A stretch of DNA of 62,490 bases, filler included, from Rhabdomonas costata (taxonomy: Eukaryota): NCBI GenBank assembly GCA_019059605.1. It is 41 parts of 41 records of this genome, joined end to end, with 100 filler letters (N's around TTAATTAATTAA, not from the genome) between each part and the next. Parts side by side here need not be neighbours in the genome. Positions count along the whole stretch, not along the records: positions 48,856 to 50,281 come from JAHMHO010016268.1; positions 50,382 to 51,807 come from JAHMHO010016269.1; positions 51,908 to 53,332 come from JAHMHO010016270.1; positions 53,433 to 54,859 come from JAHMHO010016271.1; positions 54,960 to 56,385 come from JAHMHO010016272.1; positions 56,486 to 57,911 come from JAHMHO010016273.1; positions 58,012 to 59,438 come from JAHMHO010016274.1; 34 more parts are not named here. One strand, 5' to 3'. The stretch's first letter is position 1. Every line of letters starts with the position of its first letter. Positions 48,856-59,438 of this stretch are shown here, piece after piece. The translations under genes were made by a program, and so were the position numbers. The notes below the pieces were generated by a model. It was not told where the DNA came from. It worked only from the letters and a program-made list of their open reading frames with translations, and searched no databases.

Positions 48856-50281
48856 GTTGGTGTGTGTGGTGGTGGGACTATGGTGCGATTCTTTCTTGGC
48901 ATTGCTTTGATGCCTTTTATGCGTTGGCGCTTTTGTTTTGATGATTTTAAGGATATAGGCCGTCAAGTGGAACGGGTGGGTTCCGGCCTGAGGGTATTAC
49001 ATGGTGTGTCCATGCTGAATCTCTTTGGCAAATTCATGCGAGAGGCCCCTTTTCTCTCTTCAAATGGTGAGGCTGTGAGGCGGTTGTGCTTCGGCAGGGT
49101 ACCAGATGAATGCTATGGGCAACCGGACCACGATTGCGGATAACAACACTTGGAACAACACCCATATCGCTACCGTGGGCCTCACGCTGTCCTCCACTGA
49201 GGAAGAGGCTTACAAGGTGCGGTTGGGTTTGGCGTTGGGTCTTAATTGAGGAAATAAGAGCCTGTTTCCACATATGCGGAAAGCAAATTTTTATTTTTTG
49301 GCGGTGGGGACGGTAGTTATATCCGGAGTAGTATTTAATTGAGTCACTCCACCACCCTAAGGCGCCTTCGTTCCGTCGTCCGGGCGTAGCCACAGGAACA
49401 CCAATACAGGTTAAGGTTAAGGGTACGTAGCATGCAGTCACGGAGTGGCGCATGCGGAGTAGGAGTAAGAGGTCACGAAGCGAATCGTAGTAGAGGGTAG
49501 GAACACGAGCGTAGCGAGTAGGAACATACATTTAGGGAGTGGCGAGCGCAGCGAGTCACGACCATCAAGAACCCCTCTTACTCTTTAACCCCCACCTGTC
49601 ACTACGCATGCCCTCCCCGCCATTAGGCGGTACGGTCATGCTCCGTCCGGGCGTAGCCACAGGAAGAAGATACAGGTTAGGTTGAAGGTCACGAAGGCAA
49701 GAGGGCGTAGCGATCTTGCCGTAGTAGAGGATGAAAGGCACCTGCGGTAGGAATACATGAACCCCTCAACATCTTTACACCTGGTAGGAATGCCAGCATC
49801 ACCCTTCGACTCACCTCTCACTCCAACACTCCAACATCCCTACGCCCTCAGAAACACAGCCCTCAGAATCCACACACAGTAGCGTTACAGAAGCAGTACA
49901 GACACCAGCATCACCAAGTACACCATTAGCGCTAGAAACCATCACGTCGCCAACCCTCACATCACCAGCCCCTCAAATCCACGCATCACCTTCCAACATC
50001 CCTCGACCCTCTGAAGCAAGCACAACATCAAGCACAACAACGCTAACATCAACGCTACCCTACACATCCACCGTAACAGCCAAGACACCCTACACATCCT
50101 ACGCACTAGAAACAGAGAGCATGGTTGAAGGAATCGGAACACACCCAGAAGGAACAGACACAGCAGCGTAAACCCAGCACTCCACCACAGCATCAACGTC
50201 ACCAGTCAACCCACCAACACCCTCAGCGCCTCGAACCACCACACCCACAACACCAGCAACAGAGTCCAGAATACCGCTAGA
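48856..50281. mobile_element. Probable transposable-element segment with internal direct repeats and a decayed S/T/P-rich frame
   Basis: tccgggcgtagccacaggaa...atacaggtta.g repeated at ~49380 and ~49646. Strong C/A skew at 49790-50281. Shares a short block with 59302-59353. Confidence 0.35.
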
Positions 50282-50381
50282 NNNNNNNNNNNNNNNNNNN
50301 NNNNNNNNNNNNNNNNNNNNNNNNNTTAATTAATTAANNNNNNNNNNNNNNNNNNNNNNNNNNNNNNNNNNNNNNNNNNNN

Positions 50382-51800
50382 AGAGGCGATCACGGCTTCC
50401 GTGGCGGTGGTTACCGTGGTCAGCCTGAAGAACTTCGAGCTGGACAAGCTGGGGCCTGACCTGTACGCCCTACCTAAGCCCGTGACTCTGAGCAAGCTGG
50501 CCAAGGCCTTCGAGGCGCTGCTTCAGGGGTGCTTCGGGGAACTCCACGCGGACTCCCCGGGGCGGCGAAAGCTACCGGAAGGCGCGAGGAACGCCCGCGT
50601 GCTAGTTGTGGACGACCTGGGTATGTGAGCGATTCCCACCGACCTATGACTGTTCAAAATTGCAATGCAATTGGCAGATTGCGTCTCTGCAGATTGCGTG
50701 CAGTAACGCAGGTGTGAACCAAACCCCAGCCATTTTAAAAACACAATTCCGAAAAAAGATATCCACCCCCAACGTGGGGGTGGATATCCTTGCGGTGGGA
50801 TGGATGTTTCTTTCCCGCAGCGGCTTCGATTATCGGCATTACATTATCACGGCCCATACCTCACAGTTGCTCTGGGTATAGGTTAGGTTAATCGGTCAAA
50901 CCAACAGCTGTTGAAAGTCACTGTAAAAAAAACTTCGAATCAGAATGTGCTATGCGCTGTTCTGTTTCTTTTTTGGGGGTGATCTGCTGTTTATTGTTTA
51001 TTTAGAGCTGAACCGGAGGGTAATTACCCTGAAGCTGGCGCAGATGGGCCTTGCCAAGGTGCGCGCCGCGGCGAGCGGCGCGGAAGCCCTCCGGGAGGCC
51101 GCGGCCGTCGCGGAGCCCTTTGACCTGATCCTAATGGACGTATGCTCCCCCAGGCCCTTCACCGACTATACCAGTTTTCCGAGAACGGACAAACCCCTTT
51201 TTCTGTTTGTTGGAGAAGCATGAGAAAGGCCTGGGCCTCCAGGGTGGTGCTGGATTGCGGCGGGATTCCAGGTCGAAGGGTCGAGTTTTTTGAATTCCTC
51301 GTCGCACCCCCGGCCCATTTTTACTGCGAGCTTCCTTCCGAATTCTTCGGCCGGTCAACAAACGGCGGTCTTTTTTGTGGGGTTGGAACCTGAGAAAAAA
51401 AAAGAGAAAACCTGAGAACAAGGTCAAGGAGAGATCACAGGACGAAAGGGGTTTTCCTCGCATCTTCAGCAAAGCTGCGGGGCGGCTGGTAAATTTCTTT
51501 CCTCACTGAGTGTGAACAAACGTCCCTTAGGTGATGATGCCAGAGCTTTCCGGGCTGGACACGACCCGCCTTCTGAAGGCCGACGCCCGGTATGCCTCCG
51601 TGCCAGTGGTGGGGGTGACCGGAAACTGCGATAGCGAGGGCACTCGGGCCTGCCTGGATTGTGGGATGACCGCCGTGCTGGGCAAGCCCATCGACACCGC
51701 GGCGATGTTCGCGCTGTTGCAAAAGTTGCTCCACCAGCCCTCGTGGCCATCCTCCGGGGTAGAGTGTGTGGGGCTGAACCAAGTCAACCAGGCGATGTAA
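50382..51800 (+). CDS. Two-component receiver-domain protein C-terminus (probable hybrid histidine kinase), 3 exons
   Basis: Exons contig start-50620, 51006-51139 and 51531-51800 splice in phase: LPKPV...RVLVVDDL|ELNRRVI...FDLILMD|VMMPELSGLDTTRLLK...PVVGVTGN...GMTAVLGKPID. Full DD/D/T/KP receiver set, TAA stop. Confidence 0.9.
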
Positions 51801-52249
51801 CACCAACNNNNNNNNNNNNNNNNNNNNNNNNNNNNNNNNNNNNNNNNNNNNTTAATTAATTAANNNNNNNNNNNNNNNNNNNNNNNNNNNNNNNNNNNNN
51901 NNNNNNNTGTGTTGGGTGTGGTTGGGGTGTTGGGTAAAGATTGGTGGTTGTGATACATGGTTTGGTAACTTGTTTTTCCGCAGCAGCGGAGAATTTCCCA
52001 AAGAAGGCGAAGAAGCTGATGATCACGGATCACGGTGGGTCCTTCGCTAATGTTTCCTCGCCCTCTTCATCTGGGACTTTGCTGGTTGGTGGGAATTGTG
52101 TTGAAAGAGTTTGGGAAAAGGTAGGTTGGTTTCCTTTTCGGTGTGCTTGTTTCTGGACGTTTGTTTCTTCCAGGAGCCCAGGAGCGACCCAGGAGGACAG
52201 GCAAGCGGTGCTGACCCTGACCCTGTCGTGGTGCTCTGTAGACCCCATG

Positions 52250-52469
52250 TGCCGGGGGGGGGGGACCGGAACCTCTGCTCCACGTCATGGGGGTGCGCCC
52301 GACGCGGCGGCCGTCGACCAGCACCTCCGCCCCACGGGCGTTGCTGACAAACAGCACCAGGGGCTGCTCCAAGTTCACCGGGGTGAACGGAGGGGGAAAC
52401 ACTCCCACAGTGCTTAAAGCCGGTGAGCCCCCGAAGGCCGCGTTGGTGGCCGGAGACACGGGCATTGCG
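52250..52469 (-). CDS. PEGA-domain-containing protein exon
   Basis: LVLFVSNARGAEVLVDGRRVGRTPM matches PEGA S.P.GA.V.VDG...G.TP. The 3' boundary is uncertain because of a G homopolymer. Confidence 0.65.
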
Positions 52470-53707
52470 CTGAGAAGAGACATAAAGAGGGGAGTATGCA
52501 TGCGGGAAGGGAGTGCGGAGCAAAGAGTGTGAGGAGGATGTGGAGGAGTGCTATCAACGAACACCGCCCATCGTCATCCAAAATCAAAAAAGTCCGACCG
52601 TTGCCTACACTTGGTCTTGTACGGCGGAGGAGTCCGTTTACCTTATTCGCTGTCTACATTGGCGTGTGTCAACACTTCACGTATATCGGCGTTTTACGCA
52701 GAACGGCGTTACACACAACCCACGGAACTGCGCCCCTTCTGCGCCCGCTCAGTTTAAATGCCCACACACAAAGAATCGCAACTCTGTGCCAAAAAAACCG
52801 CCTTAATCTCCTATTTTTCTATAAAAAAGACTTCAAGGCAGAGCGTCACCACTGTTCAGTGAAAGGTCCACGTGCATTAGTGAACAAAAGAAACAAGAAA
52901 GAGAAAGAGATGAGATGCAGGAAGTTGGCATCTCCGCTTCCCATTTGAAAAGTTCTTATGCATTGCCTCTGGAATCTTCTGCTGATTCGCCAGTGGCAAT
53001 TGTTTTTTTATATTGGGGCCCTTCAGGATGGTAAATGGCCCCCCGAGTGAAAAATCTTTGCGGGTGGTGCAGCTTTGAAATCGTTGAACAAGGATGGAAA
53101 AAACTCCACGGCCGAGCGATAAAATATATGGGTGAATGTTTCAAATATCCCCCCTTTGTCGCGAACAAAGCAGGAGAATGAGAACGCACTCCCGCGTAGT
53201 AGGCACAGAGACCTGAGCCAAGCGTGGCTTGCAGCGAGCGGGGAAGTCTGCACAGCCTGACAAGCAAGAGCCCCAACCCCTCGTCACACACACCTACCAG
53301 ATATGTGCACAAGGGACCAGGGCAAACAAAACNNNNNNNNNNNNNNNNNNNNNNNNNNNNNNNNNNNNNNNNNNNNTTAATTAATTAANNNNNNNNNNNN
53401 NNNNNNNNNNNNNNNNNNNNNNNNNNNNNNNNGGTGGTGTGGTGTAGTGTAGTGTAGTGTAGTGTTGTTGTAGTTAGCCGGATACCGTTCACGGCGGTGA
53501 TGGTGATGGTGCTGATGATGCAGGGCGGGTAGAGCACTCCTCTCACTTCTTCTTCACCCTTTTCCATGAGGCCAAGGAAAATAAAGAAAAGCGAAATGCC
53601 TTTCTTCAGGAGGGTAAGAATCTTAAAGTGTCCGTGCTCTTTCACAGCGACTGGATGCTTCGGAGGAGGAAAGGCAACGAGGAAAGGTAAGGGGACGGGG
53701 GGCAGGC

Positions 53708-54817
53708 CTGGATCTTCCGGATCTGGTTTCGGCTGAGGTCCAGGAAGGTCAGATTGCGGTTGCAGTTCAGGTTTAGCACCTTGGTCAGGTGGTTGGCCTC
53801 CAGGCTGAGGTGCTTCAGGTTGGGCAAAGTCTGCAGCCCGTCCACCACGGACAGCTCATTGCGGCTGAGGTCCAGCCGCTCGAGCCGCACACACTCCCGC
53901 AGCGCTGGCCCTAAGCACGGGCGTACATCACACTTCTTAAAATATAAGGTGCAACCCCGATCACCGACCCCCCACCTCCAGGACTCATCGATTTCATCTA
54001 AAGGACCCTTCAAAAGGTACACGGGGACACCGTATCGGCTCACAACCATTCACAACGTTCAAACCTGGACCCTGAACAAACACTTATGGTTTCAGTTCAA
54101 TGAGTGGGGGTGATGGTGTTAACTGGCAAAAAGCAGTGGTTAAATGGCAAAAAGGGTACAAGGATATGAAACAAGACCGCTCCACCATCAGCATGCTCGC
54201 TTTTTTGACATGCACTGAGAGAAGGCGTGAAAGGACACACATTCCCCATCTCAAGCTACTGGCTGCGCTGTTGACTCGTTCCAACAAGAATCCGAAAGGA
54301 AATATGCTCCACGACAGGTCAAAGGTGAGACTCAGACAAGAGCACAGAACAAAACACGTTGTCGGCAATTAGGCAGCGAAACGTTTCCTCCTTTTCTACT
54401 CGTGTCCTCCTTTCACTACCCGCAGAAATTCGACCCCCCCCCCTCCTCCTCTTGTAAAAAATTACAAAGAGATATTGGCCCTTACCTTCTCCCTCGACAC
54501 CGGGAAACGAAAGTTTCCGAAGGAAAGTGTTGTTTCATAACCTTTCTCCCTCTGTGAGTCCGAAATTGTGACCATTAATGCAGAAGGAGCATAAGGTCTC
54601 GCTTTATAGGTGCTGGGGGCACCATTTTTGAAAAGCTCCGTACCGAATGCTCCGTAACCGCAGGTACGGGCACACCGATCTCGCGGAGGTGGTTCGAGTA
54701 CACCCTCAACTCGGCCAGGCAGGTCAGCTCCCGCAGGACGTCGCGGGGCAGTGCCGTCAGAGTGTTGCACGAGATGTCCAGTGCCCGGAGCTTCACGCAC
54801 GCGCACAAGTCCTTGTC
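53708..54817 (-). CDS. Leucine-rich repeat protein (SDS22-like LRRs), 2 exons
   Basis: Exons 54817-54676 and 53910-53708: LRALDISCNTL, LAELRVYSNHL, LERLDLSRNEL, LKHLSLEANHL, LTFLDLSRNQI. Confidence 0.9.
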
Positions 54818-55115
54818 CTGCCCCCACGAGCGCGTACACAAACCCTACCATCACCCAAANNNNNNNNNNNNNNNNNNNNNNNNNNNNNNNNNNNNNNNNN
54901 NNNTTAATTAATTAANNNNNNNNNNNNNNNNNNNNNNNNNNNNNNNNNNNNNNNNNNNNGTTGGTTTGGCGTTGGGATCTCACATGTGCTTAGGCTATGT
55001 GTGATCATCTCATCAGCTTCCGTGGCGCTTTGTTTGTGTGACGGCGGGGTCCATTAAAACTCTCTCTCTCTGGGCTGCCTCTCTGGGTTTAAGTTGACCT
55101 ATGCTTCCTTTTTCT

Positions 55116-55200
55116 GTGGTGGTTGCTCTTTCGTTTCACTCAAGGTGCACGCGAGGCGAGAAATAAGAACAAAAAGGAACGTCATCAGTGAAACAAAGCA
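55116..55200. repeat. Dispersed repeat family, copy 3
   Basis: gtggtggttgctctttcgtttcactcaaggtgcacgcgaggcgagaaataagaacaaaaaggaacgtcatcagtgaaacaaagc aligns with 3343 and 25167. Confidence 0.7.
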
Positions 55201-55404
55201 CATGACAGCAGTGTAACAAGCGTCACGTGCGGCCGGTTTCTGCCCCCGTTCCACACACAAGAATTGTACAACACGCCGAGGTCACCTCTCCCCACACCCA
55301 ACCGCCTCACAGCGTCTTGCTACTACTTACGGTCACCGCCTCAGGGCTGAAGCTTCTACCACTCAGTCCCACGCTTGCTGCCCCTCACCTTTGTCTGTTC
55401 GCAG

Positions 55405-56086
55405 TACGCGTTCAACATCAGCAGAGGCCTGCGTACGGCCTCCATTCCCAACGGGACGTCGTCGTTGACCCTGGTCTCCAGCGACGGCAACGTAACCTTT
55501 GCAGGACTTTACATGAATTCCCCTCCAATGGGAAGGTAAGTCTCTTTTCTTCTGTTCAGGCCCCAGATACTGTTACGTCTGTTCCTACTTCCCTAGAGGC
55601 CGCTCGCTTTGAAAGGTACTTCGCAGTTCCCACCGAAGGCGTAGCTCCCACCCCCAAACCGCCTAAGCATAAGGCTCTTCCGTTCATGTGGGGCGAATGC
55701 GATACTGGGAACCCGACAACCGGGACATTCCTGAGCAAGGTGAATTAGGAATGGTGTGGCCATTCCGTTTGGTTGCTTGCTTGCTTACTTGCTTGCTTGC
55801 TTGCTGCTTTGCTTTGGTAACTCGTCAGTTGGTGTTGCCTCCCCCGCCCCCTTCACCGACGCGCAGGTATAACATCACCTTCACCCATGCCAGCTTCACG
55901 GCTCCCTTGGTGTTCACCTTTGCCGTGCTGTTTGGGGACCCCGTGGCGCTGCGGTTCGTGGTGGCACCCGCCACCACGAGCCCCGCGGAGAACGGCGTGT
56001 TCAAGATCCCGCTCATTCCGCAGCCCTCTTTGGTGCTGGTGGACGTCGCGAACAACGTGCTGTGTGGCTCAGGCACCAACTCGGGG
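55405..56086 (+). CDS. Ig-like (invasin/adhesin-type) repeat surface protein, 2 exons
   Basis: Exons 55405-55535 and 55867-56086 join in phase 2: SSDGNVTFAGLYMNSPPMGR|YNITF...GDPVALRFVVAP...PQPSLVLVDVANN. The G..TF.GL / Y.L.F / QP.V.L.D..N pattern is typical of Ig-like repeats. Confidence 0.65.
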
Positions 56087-58011
56087 GTGCGCCTGCTGCC
56101 TCCTCTTCCTTCATCCCCATCATCCAACAATTGCACGTTTGCATCCGTGTGCGCCCGTCTTTTGCTTGTTTTTTCTCGAACAGTTCGCGAATTGATGGGG
56201 ACTGGTAGTTTGTGGTGATGGGTTAATGGTAGTTTAGTCACCTGATGGAGTTCGCCCATCTGCCGACCTTGACACCCCCCGCTTCCGGCTACCGCTTTTA
56301 TCTTAATATTCTGGAAATGTTATAGAACAAATATCGAAGCAATGTAGCAGGAATCGGCATAAGTGCATTTATGCCCCACCCCCCCNNNNNNNNNNNNNNN
56401 NNNNNNNNNNNNNNNNNNNNNNNNNNNNNTTAATTAATTAANNNNNNNNNNNNNNNNNNNNNNNNNNNNNNNNNNNNNNNNNNNNGGGGGGGGTGTTGTT
56501 CTGAGCTTCTCATTGCTTTTTCTACAGAAACACGTGCCATTTGAGTAACTACCATGATTTGAACGGCATTTGTCGCTTGAATGACTGGGTTGAAGCAGTG
56601 AATAAATGGTTACCATTTTTGAGTTTTGGAAAGTGGTGTAAAATGACACACAATAACAGCCTGACCGAAGGATGACGTATTGCGCCACCACAAGAGTGTG
56701 ACTATTGGCCACGTTAATCTAGATGGTGGAATTTAAAGGACGCACTAGGTTCCAAAATGAAGCAAAGCAAATTGCATCTTGCTACTACGGAAACTTGCAG
56801 AAAGAATAGTGGCGGTGGGTACCGCACTTATTCACCAAATGGTGAACTATAGAAGACTAATGGTTAAATTGAATTAAGCGATATATCTACAATCTTTTGC
56901 TCCAACAGCACAAAGAAAGAGGTGCAAGTCATCGGACAACACAGCTAGCGGTGCTATCAAAGGACCTGCGGTGGGTATTCACCAGACCTCCACTTCCAGT
57001 GGCGGTTTAGTCTAGATACGTACTTCGGCCATTACACGGAAACATACTGCATCATTCGCGCGGATGTTTTCCTGTCAGAAGCCATGACATTTGAAAACAA
57101 TGGAATTGACATTGCTGTTAGTATTCTCGGAGTCCATCAAAAATATGTGCCGAATCTGGTTGAGGCACTCGGTAAATTCAGTGATACCAGGTCATACAAA
57201 GACTTCTTCTGTCGGATGCTCCAATGGGAATACTCCGACTCGTGCACGTTGCAAAACATATGCACATACAGCGCTTTGCACGCCATCTTTTGAAGCACTA
57301 CACATATGCATCAGAAATCAGGTGACTCTCTCTGAGCAAGATTGAACTTACAGATGTCTCTGGGAAATGGTTTAAGGCTTTATGCAACAAACCTCATACA
57401 ATCCCAAGGTATGTGCATTCTGTTACAACAAACTTGCCGTGGCAGCCGTTGTCACGTTGTGTGTAAATCAAATTGTGCCCAATGCGTCGAAAGGACTTAA
57501 TCAGCAGTTGCTGTTGCGCCTTTAATGGCACTGAAGTGGAAGTATTCGACGGTCCAAACGTCTGAAACCAATCGTCCTTTTGCGTTGTGGTATTGACTTT
57601 TCAGCTTTACAAGAACAAGAAAGTCCCTACTCACAAGGAACTTGCTCATTACTCTACCGCACTTACACTGTGGTGGATGGAAACAATGTTATTGGCCAAT
57701 GACGCAATGAGGGTTCATTTTTTCTACTTCTTTACTGTTATCCTGCAATCTCCGATCGTCTATTTGTGACTGCGTTCGCTGCTGCGCTCGTTTTTCGTGC
57801 AGGGGGAAACGCTACAGCTAATCTGCGCATAGGATGGAGCTAGTGTAGTAGCGAAAATTGGCTGAATAGTGCAGAAAAGAAACAGATGATTTAAATTGGG
57901 AACAACCACACNNNNNNNNNNNNNNNNNNNNNNNNNNNNNNNNNNNNNNNNNNNNTTAATTAATTAANNNNNNNNNNNNNNNNNNNNNNNNNNNNNNNNN
58001 NNNNNNNNNNN

Positions 58012-59438
58012 AGGTTCAACGTGGGGCTACCACATCTACTACTATGATACATACGTGTGTGGTTCACCGTATGACCTAAGCGCACCCTACCGTAGTGAGT
58101 GGTGGCCTCATCCGTGGTTTACCAGCGTGCGTTGCCAGGCGTACCTGATCGACCCGTTCAGTCCAGCGCGGTCACCTCAACTTTGCATCCGGAACCTCTT
58201 CTACGCATGGTACTGGGGCCTGAGCTGCTGTCTGTGATCTATGCACTCGGATGGATGGATGTGATGTTGGCTTCTAGACAATCTGTCCTCTTGCGGAGGT
58301 ATGTGAGACGAAGAACCACGACTAAAGATAGAACCCCTGAATCCCTGGGAAGGCCACACAAAGCAAGAGAACGGCGAAATGGGAAAGCAGAACCGAAGCA
58401 CAGAACCCGAGACAGAAACCGCTACGCCGACAGACCGATACCTCACGAACCCTAGACACGCATCGAGACCGAACCACACGAGAACCAGCGAAATGGGAAA
58501 GTGCCTACTAAATCCGTTCATCACTACGTCACTGGAATAGGCGTTCCACCCCCTAAACCGCGGTGATACTTCCGGTCTGGGTTCGTACGAATACGGGGGT
58601 TACGCCAGTGCCCACTGCTCCTTCTACAATATGCGCATAGAGTCCCCGAAGCGACTGAGAGAGACCGAAACCGAATACCAGGATAGCCGATACAAAGAGA
58701 GCCTGTGTTCCAACCGAGACCGAAGGCAGAGACCGAAACCCAAACCCAAAGACGCGAAAACCCGACTCACCGAAATACCCGACTCGCAGACACGAACCCC
58801 AAAGACAGAACCCGAAGACCTAACCCCAAAGACCAGACTTCGAACCTCCGAAGAGAGAAAGCGGAATCCCAACCCGGAACCAAAAACCCAACCCAGAAAT
58901 CAAATACCCACACAAAAATTCCACGAGGGGGTGAGGGGCCCAGACACCCCCATTACCTCGGGATGATGATGGGGTATGGTAGACCTACCTGCACCCATAC
59001 ACCCCTAGACACCAAGAGACCCTCCAAGACACCCCCATGACCTCGGGATGCATGACCACCTTGATGCATCTACATGCACCTTTGAGACCCTAACACCTAG
59101 AGACACCTCCTACCCTACCACGCATTGCCCACCAACATCCCACACCCCATGCACCCCTACGCCCAGATACCCCCTCCATCCCCCCCTACGTACCCTCTAA
59201 GACCCCTCTAAGATGACCTCCATGACCCCGGGATAGATGTGGGGTATGATGGGCTTACCTGCATCTAAGGGAGACCCCTACCCTGCCGGGGGGGGCCTTT
59301 ACTTGGTGGTCGTATACTCCCTCGTATGCACTCGGTCGTATACTCCCTAAATGCTGAACCCCGAAGACCGAACCCCTGACCCCGAATGCCACCAACCCCG
59401 AATACACTACCCGCACCGCAAACAGAGGAACCAAACCC
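58012..59438. mobile_element. Repeat-rich probable transposable-element segment
   Basis: Degenerate internal repeats (gcgaaatgggaaag x2; cgggat..tggggtatg..tacctgca x2; ggtcgtatactccct x2 at 59308 and 59334), C/A skew, and a low-complexity R/T/P/K ORF. Confidence 0.35.

Noticed and set aside
49543..49558. cgagcgcagcgagtca resembling the ColE1/pUC origin region (vector contamination)
   Set aside because: Only ~16 nt; the flanks do not resemble vector sequence.
53485..53640. Euglenid-type non-conventional intron joining LRR IQ to GLMEKG
   Set aside because: The downstream peptide is not LRR-like and no terminal pairing is evident; a GC donor is simpler.
55116..55200. Hammerhead ribozyme in the dispersed repeat (minus strand CTGANGA ... 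GAAAC)
   Set aside because: Bases after CTGANGA do not pair with those before GAAA (no stem II), there is no clear stem I/III with NUH, and copy 1 has GAGAC.
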